Source: Proteromonas lacertae
Taxonomy: Eukaryota
Length of the DNA stretch: 20,000 bases
Reading direction: 5' to 3'
Assembly (NCBI GenBank): GCA_002245135.1
Contig: NGBS01000597.1
Coordinates: 122,756-142,755 of the forward strand
Below the pieces are notes generated by a model, which was given only the letters and a program-made list of their open reading frames with translations, was not told the DNA's origin and searched no databases. Positions 1 to 7,423 of this stretch are shown in pieces; position 1 is the stretch's first letter, and every line of letters starts with the position of its first letter. A program made the translations under genes and the position numbers.

Positions 1-3000
1 AGGCTTGAATGAATCAAAGTTATTGGGTTTACCAAAATGTATGGAAAGAGTACCAGCAATATAATCAGCATATTTTTGATATTTTGGTATTGTTGGATCA
101 ACTGAAATACATTTATAAATAACTTCCAAGATTCCATCAACATAATCAATTTTAATAGATGGAATTGATAAGAAATATAGTAATTTATTCATTATATCCG
201 TTACTGGAATTAATTCATTTTTAATCTGCTTTTGAACATTGAATAATGCATCTAATAAACTTAAGAAACAATTTATATAAACACCATATAATTCCAAATT
301 CAATTCAAACCAAATTGATGATATAATAATTGTTTCAAATGGTACAATAAAGATATAAGATGTTTGAACACTGTGTAATAAAGGCTTCAGCAGTTGTTGG
401 ACGATATAAAACAGGTGAAATTCCTACAAAACTGAATATATATTCAATAGTTGTTTTTGTTATCATACTATTTGTAACACCTTCTAATGGAGGTGAATTG
501 ATTGATATTTGTTTGAATTTATTCTTTAATATATGTAATAACGCATTATAACCTTTTAATCTACACATTATATCGACATTAATATCACTTGCAATAATAC
601 AGTGATATAATATCTTCAAACCTAAGTTCAATTCATCATTGTTACTACTTTTATCAATGATAGATAAACTGTATAAAATCCCACCTTCCGTTACTTCAGT
701 TAAACTCATAGAGATATGTTCACAACATTCTGGAATTATATCACCTTCTATATATAAACGAGGTAAACCAGAGGGCGTACAATTTTGTACAGTAAATGAT
801 AATACCAAATTTTGTTCAGATTTAAATATAAAGTTAGTATTATCAGGTGTATAACTAAATGCAATATCATCACAAGATATTGTTATATCATTTTGCTTGA
901 AATAATAACTACCAGAATTCCATAATATACCATAATTAATGTTTAATATTTTACAGATTGGTACTGACAATAATGCAGTTAAGATTGGGATACCATAACG
1001 ATCTTGGGATGTGTAAAAACAGGAGTGATAAAATGGACCAATGCAATATAAAAATGCTATTTCTTTATTAGTTAAATATTTTTTAAATATATAGAAAGTA
1101 CTTAATCTCCATTTATAAGATGAGGATGGTGATAATGGTGGAATAGTGATGATTCCTTGGTTATATCCATTTGTAGGATATTCAATAGCATAAGAACCAG
1201 TTTCTAAACCATTTATATACAATGTAAAATTCGAATTTCCATTTTCTTTGTTTTTAGGAGAATGTGTAAATGCTATAAAATACCATAAATGTTCAACAAA
1301 TAAGTAATTTTTATCATAATACTTTTCACCATTACAAATAATCAATAAATGATTATTTATCACATGTAATTGTAAAGTTGTATTTTTACCATTTAATGTT
1401 AATATTGAGAGAGTAGTATCTGGTGTTAAAACATCAATATAAACCCATGATGAATAACTATAACCATTTGATATACTTTCACTTGATAATAACGGTATAA
1501 TCATTTTAGGAACATTCATCACAGTTGAATCAATAAGAAAGTAAGGAATCCATCTAAATATTGCATTTACATTCAAATCTGTTCCTAACATATTGTTATA
1601 ATGGTCAAATATAGGTTTAGGGTAAGTTGATTGGTTGATTAAATGGTAGTAATAAATATGGGAAGTATAAGGAATATGGATGTTTTGTTAATATTGATAT
1701 TAAATTATGAATACATTTATAGGTGATTTTATTATTAATAACAGTTTGAATTAAGGGTGTTAATACATTGGTACTACTTAGAATATGTATATTTGGTCTA
1801 TTACATAGTAAATTATAAATGGAAGTGAATATTTCTTCAATTTGAAAATCATAACTTCTCATATATTCTATTGAATTTGCACAATCAACTACAAAGTAGA
1901 TTAACTCTGGATGTAAGATTTCTGGTACAATTCCTTCAGTATAGAATGGTTTATTTTCATATTTAAATATTATATCATTACAATTATCATTGTTATTATC
2001 AGCTACACTCATCTTCAAACATGTTTGTAATAGCAATAGAGTTGTTTCATCAAAATATGAATCTAAAACAGGTAATAATGGAGTTAAGAATGTTTTGATA
2101 TGTTTTAATAATGATTTAAATGAGGATGGATAAGGTGGTAAATGGTGTAATAGTTTCATTAGAATGCTAAGTATATAATAAGGTATTTGTTCTACTTTAC
2201 AAATAGTTTCATTTGTATTTGTATTGATTAAGTTCCTTCCACTTTTTATCTTATTCTCTTTGATTGTTTCATCCCATTTTGAGATAATTACTTTAAATTC
2301 ACTAAATATCTCCTCTAAATCAACAGCTATTGATTCATGTGATATTAAAGTAAAACACAATTGAATAGCTTTAGGAGAGAGTGATAATAAATATTCAGTT
2401 CAATTTGAATAAATCTTTAGGATTATTGGTACTGTTATTACTTATATGAGTCTCTAAAGATCGTACAAAGAATGACAATATGTCATATAATGATTTAGAA
2501 AGTGGATAACAATCTGAGAAATTATCAATTAATGGTTGGCATAAACCATAAATAGAATCAACTAATGATTCTTCGTTTAATAATTGTATAAATATTGATA
2601 AATCTTCTTTGATAAATATTGGATATATATTTGTTGTATCTTTTATTAATAAAGCAGCAAGAATATTGATTATATTCTCTTTCATTTCATTGGTTATTAC
2701 TGATTTAATCTTTGATACTTTAAATGTAGGTAGATGAATCCATGGTGAGGAAATATTGCACCTTAAACAATCAAACAAAAAAGAAATCATTTCATTGGAC
2801 ATTAAAGCTTGATGTCGGCTTGAACTTCCCATTATACTATCTAAACTTAGAAATACATTTTTCATGTTGTAAGTAGATGGCATAATTCTTAATCCTTTCA
2901 AAAATGTTTGTAATTGTGTAGTTATATCAGAATCAGTATTATCATAGAATTCAAATATAAATTTCAACACTATATAACTCTTATCATCATCTAACTTTAT

Positions 3001-4289
3001 CAGCATTTTACATAATGATTTGATCAAATTAGAACTTGCTAATATGTTATAATTCTTCAAACAATTCTTAAATAAATCATGGTAAGTCTCCACAACAGCC
3101 AGCGTTATTTCATTACTTAAATTATCATCTAATACTTTCTTAATAAACATTTCCATTGTATTTAATATGGATTTCTTTGTAATAACAGAATCTGATGTTA
3201 TTACTTTATTTCTAGTGTCTTTTGATAATGTCATAATTACACAGTAACAGTTTACAATGGATCTTATTGTTTTGCTCTCTTTATCATCAACTTTCTTAAG
3301 TAGTGATACTAATTGGGTTATATGTTTTGTTATTACATTGTCTTTTTCTATTCTTTCATAAAATTCATCAAAATCAGTAGGTAAACATTTGATTAATACA
3401 CTTTGGAGGTAGACTATATAACTTTCTAATTCTAATAATGTAAACTCTTTCTTTACTACTGGAAATCCATCTTTGATATAGACATTAATATATTCTGAAT
3501 CTATAGTGTCAAATTTCTCTACAAATTGTATTAAATGCTATATATAAAGTATATAATAATAAATAAATATTATACTTTGGTTGTTCCATTTATAATGTTA
3601 TGATATAAACAAGTGAACAATACTTCATAATTAATTGCATCTAATATCTGTTGTTGTAATGAGACTGGTCCTGCATTCATTGCTCCTTCTATTATATCCA
3701 TTGTCAATAAGATTGTTTCACCTACCTATTTATAAATTAGATCAATGGTTCTAATAATTAATATATATATATATATATATACTCTTTCTGGTATTTCACT
3801 TGTTAGAACAACCAATAGATCATTAATTGCTGTTAATAGTTCTGCTGTACATAAGCTCATTGAGAAAAAACTATCTGCTAAACAAATAATCTTTAGAATT
3901 TCAACGACACAATAACGATCTGATTTATCTATATGTTTTGGCTTATTGTATTTATCCTTTATAAATCCCAACCATTCATCAAAGTAACTTCCAAGAGTAT
4001 TTAGAAAAGAATTAAATGTACTATTGCCAATATAAGAACAATATCTATTTCATATAAATTAATGCAATTTATACAACGAGTTTAAATCAATACATTGTTT
4101 TTGGATCTGAATTATGTCTTCAACGTATGTAAACCTCTTTTCATCATCATCAGTATTTATAAATCTCTGAATTTTATCTAGAACCTCATTTCTGATAATT
4201 GTATCTGGACTGTCTGCCGAACTATTTCTTCGACTTGAGTTGTCAATCTGAGTAATCACACTCTTACGTTTGGAGAACCAAGATTTCAT
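1..4289 (-). CDS. BEACH-family (WDFY3/Alfy/LvsA-like) protein, N-terminal ~1,390 aa; 3' end beyond window; three +1 frame breaks near 2395, 1617 and 335
   Basis: ATG at 4289 (MKSWFSKRK). GT-AG introns 4074-4045, 3782-3726 and 3575-3538 join open frames. ConA/LamG-like motifs are present (SYSSWVYI, LWYFIAFTH, FTLYING, WRLSTFYIF...FLYCIGPFYHSCF), followed by GGILYSLSII...MCRLKGYNALLHILKNK, which resembles the WDFY3/LvsA region after the ConA domain. Frame 336-1 is open to the window edge. PH/BEACH/WD40 domains are not visible here, so the family call rests on remembered motifs. Confidence 0.8.
3538..3575 (-). other. GT-AG intron, 38 nt (BEACH gene intron 3)
   Basis: GTATAA...ATATAG. Joins NGTTK|HLIQFVEK into a frame that is open to 2395. 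Confidence 0.85.
3726..3782 (-). other. GT-AG intron, 57 nt, containing an (AT)n tract (BEACH gene intron 2)
   Basis: GTATAT...AAATAG. Removes an in-frame TAG and joins EIPER|VGETILL. Confidence 0.8.
3761..3781. repeat. (AT)10 microsatellite inside an intron
   Basis: atatatatatatatatatata seen directly. Confidence 0.95.
4045..4074 (-). other. GT-AG intron, 30 nt (BEACH gene intron 1)
   Basis: GTATAA...AAATAG. Removal gives DLNSL|YCSYIGNSTF..., in frame with ORF 3726-3971. Confidence 0.85.
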
Positions 4290-4290
4290 A

Positions 4291-4389
4291 TTACTTACCT
4301 TCAAATAACCTAAATATGAACAATAGCAACAGTAAGATCCAAAAAATCTTTGAAGGATGTCTCGAACCAAAGGCTTGATCACTTAACAT
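4291..4389 (-). CDS. Possible upstream ORF, 32 aa, hydrophobic (MLSDQAFGSRHPSKIFWILLLLLFIFRLFEGK)
   Basis: ATG at 4389, TAA at 4293-4291, one base before the BEACH ATG. No homology recognised. Confidence 0.35.
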   Translation of the reverse strand: MLSDQAFGSRHPSKIFWILLLLLFIFRLFEGK

Positions 4390-4465
4390 TTGATTATTTT
4401 TTTATTTTGCTTTTCTCTTCCTATTTAAAGTGCATAAGAGAATAAGAAATATATATTCGGTATAA
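4390..4465. promoter_or_regulatory. Probable very short bidirectional promoter region
   Basis: Only 76 nt separate the divergent ATGs at 4389 (-) and 4466 (+), or 176 nt from the BEACH ATG. No specific element identified. Confidence 0.4.
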
Positions 4466-4622
4466 ATGACACGTGAAATTACTTGGAGTGGATATTTTCT
4501 TGGAGCATTCATTATGTTTGGTTGTGTTATTCTACCTATGATGTATATGAATTTATTATCTTTTTTTTAGACTCGTATACAAAAGAAATAAACGAAGAAC
4601 CAACATCAACAGAAGAGATTGA
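4466..4622 (+). CDS. Spliced single-pass membrane microprotein, 42 aa (MTREITWSGYFLGAFIMFGCVILPMILVYKRNKRRTNINRRD)
   Basis: Exons 4466-4542 and 4571-4622. The 28-nt intron GTATATG...TTTTTTTAG matches the local consensus. Product is one hydrophobic helix followed by a basic stop-transfer tail. Confidence 0.7.
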
Positions 4623-4931
4623 CTAATTAGTCCTTATTTTTACCCTACATAGATTAAAAAATATTAAATTATTTAAGTTTTATAGAAACTGATATTTTGG
4701 GATCATTAGTTACAACATATGAAAAATTGTAATTATCTTTGTACAGAATAATTTTTCGGTTAGAGTATAGGATTTATTACTTTTATCATCTGTCATAAAG
4801 TAATATTACATATTAAAAATGAATGAAACAGTATTACATGGGTATTTATTCAAAAAATAAAGTATAGTGTTTGATTACTCTTCAAGCTTATTCAGAAAAT
4901 TTAAAAATTTAAAATTACTTTCTCATTTGCT

Positions 4932-5567
4932 ATGGAAGATAAAAACAGGTTCATTATTCGTAATCCAGAGGTATTTTGTAATTTATAGATGAATAGAATG
5001 CTGACTTCAATCAATACTGGTACTCTACAATAACTATAAAGACATTAGTTGGTATATACATGTCTATTCATAATAATGAAATAGATGAAGCAATAAAACA
5101 AGGAAATAATAACATTGCTTGCATATCAACTCCAAGTATTTACTTTTCCCTACCAAAAGATGTACAAGAGAATTCAGCAGTTTTTGATGTATAATTTTAT
5201 GTGAATATTGTGATAGTATGATGAAAAATTTAAGAAAACTCCTCAATATGTCAAATATGACTTTCATCAACCAGAAGATATACCACTAGAATATCAACAT
5301 AAATTTGATTTAGCTATTATAGATCCACCATTTATCACTCGTGATGTTTGGGAATCATATGCCAAAACTATTAGACTTGTATTGAAAGAAGGTGGTAATA
5401 TAATATTATCAACTATTGAAGAAAATAAAGAAATGATGAAAGAACTATTAGACGTTGAACCTCAAGTATTTAAACCATCAATACCTCATCTTGTCTATCA
5501 ATACAGATTTTATACAAATTATGACTCAGATATATTAAATAAACCAAATTCAGAAATACCTGAATAA
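4932..5567 (+). CDS. EEF1AKMT1: eEF1A lysine methyltransferase 1 (N6AMT2/Efm5 family), 182 aa, 4 exons
   Basis: Exons 4932-4970, 4997-5051, 5085-5188 and 5217-5567; introns of 26, 33 and 28 nt, all GTAT...TAG. Family motifs ENADFNQYWYS, IACISTPSIY, YDFHQPEDIP, IIDPPF and FKPSIPHLVYQY. Confidence 0.92.
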
Positions 5568-5623
5568 AATATAACCTTAATTATTATAAATTCTTTTTCT
5601 TTTCTCTATTTTTTGATTTTCAA

Positions 5624-6913
5624 TTACATAGTCACCGATATTGGAGATTGACAATATACACATTTACCATAAACAGTGCCAAATATGGATATACTCTTTG
5701 TTGTGTTTAATGACTGAATCCATTCATATAAACAGCTTTTATGATATATTTTATTGCAATATATTCATTAAGAAGTAATTTATATAGTTTTATTAGAAAA
5801 AAAGATATGTGATTACACACTATTTCTGGGATTACTTTATTCCCATTATTTTCTATTCTATACATATAACATATTCCACATTCTATCATTACTCCATTAT
5901 TATTATTATTATTAATACTATTGTTATTACTATTACTCATATCACTAAACAAACTATTCAATGAAGATTTAGATGGAAACTCTATTTCTAATAATTCACT
6001 TAGATTAACCCTGATTAATTCATTATTATTCCATTTACTTATATTTTCATTAAAATTATTTCTTAGTTCATTTATATAAGTTTCATTTCCTAAAAATGTA
6101 CATTCACATAAACTATTACTATCTAATGGATTTACTTTAATTAATATGGAACAGTTATTTCCTATTGATATTCTACGAATTGTATCACTTCTTTGGGGAT
6201 TTTCTGGTTCTAATATCCAGCAGTTTTTATCCAAATCATTCATATTTAACCAGAATAATTCATATTTATTTATTTCTTTCACAAAATCATTATAAAGATT
6301 CAATAGAATATTATCATTTTTCTTTATATATTCAAATGGGATTGGTAGTGATGTTGTAATTTTAGATATTGTTTTAGGAAATTCATCACTTAATTCTACT
6401 TTTAAAATATGAATTAAATTGCTATTATCTTTGTGTTTAAAACAAATTTCATATAAATCATTTGAAATGCTTTCTACATTACTCTTTATTGGTGATAGTT
6501 CTTTAATTAGATTTGAATAAAATTCAATACTAGGAATCTATAATTAAGGCAGAATAAAAGAGGAATAGAGTAATACTTTGGATTTTACAGAATCTGATTG
6601 TTTTTGGCTTAATATTAACATTACATCATTTACTATCTCATTAATAGATATATTCTGATTTTTTAATTTCTATTGATTGTAATAATAACATCATAGGCTA
6701 TATACAAGCAATAAACTACTCCCACTTGACAATAACAAAGACTTCAGTTTATTATTACACTCTATATATGGATTTTCAGGATCTCTACATATTACTAACT
6801 CGTAATTCGTTTTCTAACGCATTAACATTAATTCATACATTTTCTTGTATAGTTAACAGCTTTTCATATCCTCTTTCATTTAAATCAATTAAACAATAAT
6901 TCACTTTTGACAT
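5624..6913 (-). CDS. FANCL: E3 ubiquitin-protein ligase FANCL, 379 aa, 5 exons
   Basis: Exons 6913-6839, 6813-6706, 6669-6577, 6537-5809 and 5758-5624; GT-AG introns of 25, 36 and 39 nt plus one 50-nt AT-AT intron. FANCL motifs MNDLDKNCWILEPENP, RRISIGNNCS and NLSELLEIEFP, and a C4HC3 RING (ECGICY...CNHC...YHKSCLYEW...GKCVYC). Confidence 0.93.
5759..5808 (-). other. Putative U12-type (minor) intron with AT-AT termini, 50 nt, inside the FANCL RING
   Basis: 5' ATATCTTTT, branch-like TTCTTAAT followed by GAATATAT at the 3' end. No AG in the interval. Removal restores the frame and the zinc ligands. Confidence 0.75.
5896..5936 (-). repeat. AAT-rich tract encoding an Asn-rich linker (SNSNNNSINNNNNN) before the FANCL RING
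   Basis: Imperfect (att)n run on the plus strand. Confidence 0.8.
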
Positions 6914-7423
6914 TTTTACTCTATTTGACGAACTAGAAGAAAAAGAAAATATAGAAATAAGCTTGGCTTGATTTCTTTTTTATAAAACATCAACAATAAA
7001 TTGAATGAGGTGTATTAATCAACAAAATAATTATATAGAATGAAATAATATAATAATGGTCAAATTTAATATATTATTTCTATTTCATTAATTGTAAAAT
7101 AAGAATTACCTGTAGTATTTGCAACCATCAAATATATAAGTATATCTATATTTTTATATATAATCTTCATATCTTTATTGTATTTATTTATTTTCATACA
7201 TACAATCATTTGAGTGAATTGTTGTAATATCAATATTATTTATGTTGATTAAATACACTTTTATTCATTCTATTAATTTTTATGGAGGTGTAGTTAATCA
7301 AATTCGTAAATGTCTTGCTGTGTTTAATAATAAAAAGAAATACCAATTTATATTGAAGTAAAAAATGTTTACAACCCTGAAAACAACATACAATGATATA
7401 TAAAATGCATTTATATGAGATTA

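Noticed and set aside
360..854. Plus-strand ORFs 360-551 and 639-854
   Set aside because: Antisense to the conserved BEACH-family coding region.
335..2397. Stop-codon reassignment (alternative genetic code) as the cause of the BEACH breaks
   Set aside because: The coding text continues in a different frame, so read-through would not help; TAA and TGA act as normal stops in neighbouring genes.
4290..4382. GTG-started N-terminal extension of ORF 4059-4382
   Set aside because: Non-ATG start in a eukaryote; the first in-frame ATG is 4289.
4623..4931. Possible ncRNA or small gene between the microprotein and EEF1AKMT1
   Set aside because: Only very short ORFs, and no convincing tRNA, snoRNA box or snRNA pattern by eye.
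5064..6359. ORFs 5064-5270 (-) and 6165-6359 (+), and the HISFFLIKL...GFSH tail of ORF 5707-6303
   Set aside because: The first two are antisense to EEF1AKMT1 and FANCL. The tail is read-through of the AT-AT intron in the wrong frame.
7042..7080. 11-bp inverted repeat gaaataatata / tatattatttc
   Set aside because: Almost all A/T within a very AT-rich intergenic region, so expected by chance; no TSD or transposase.
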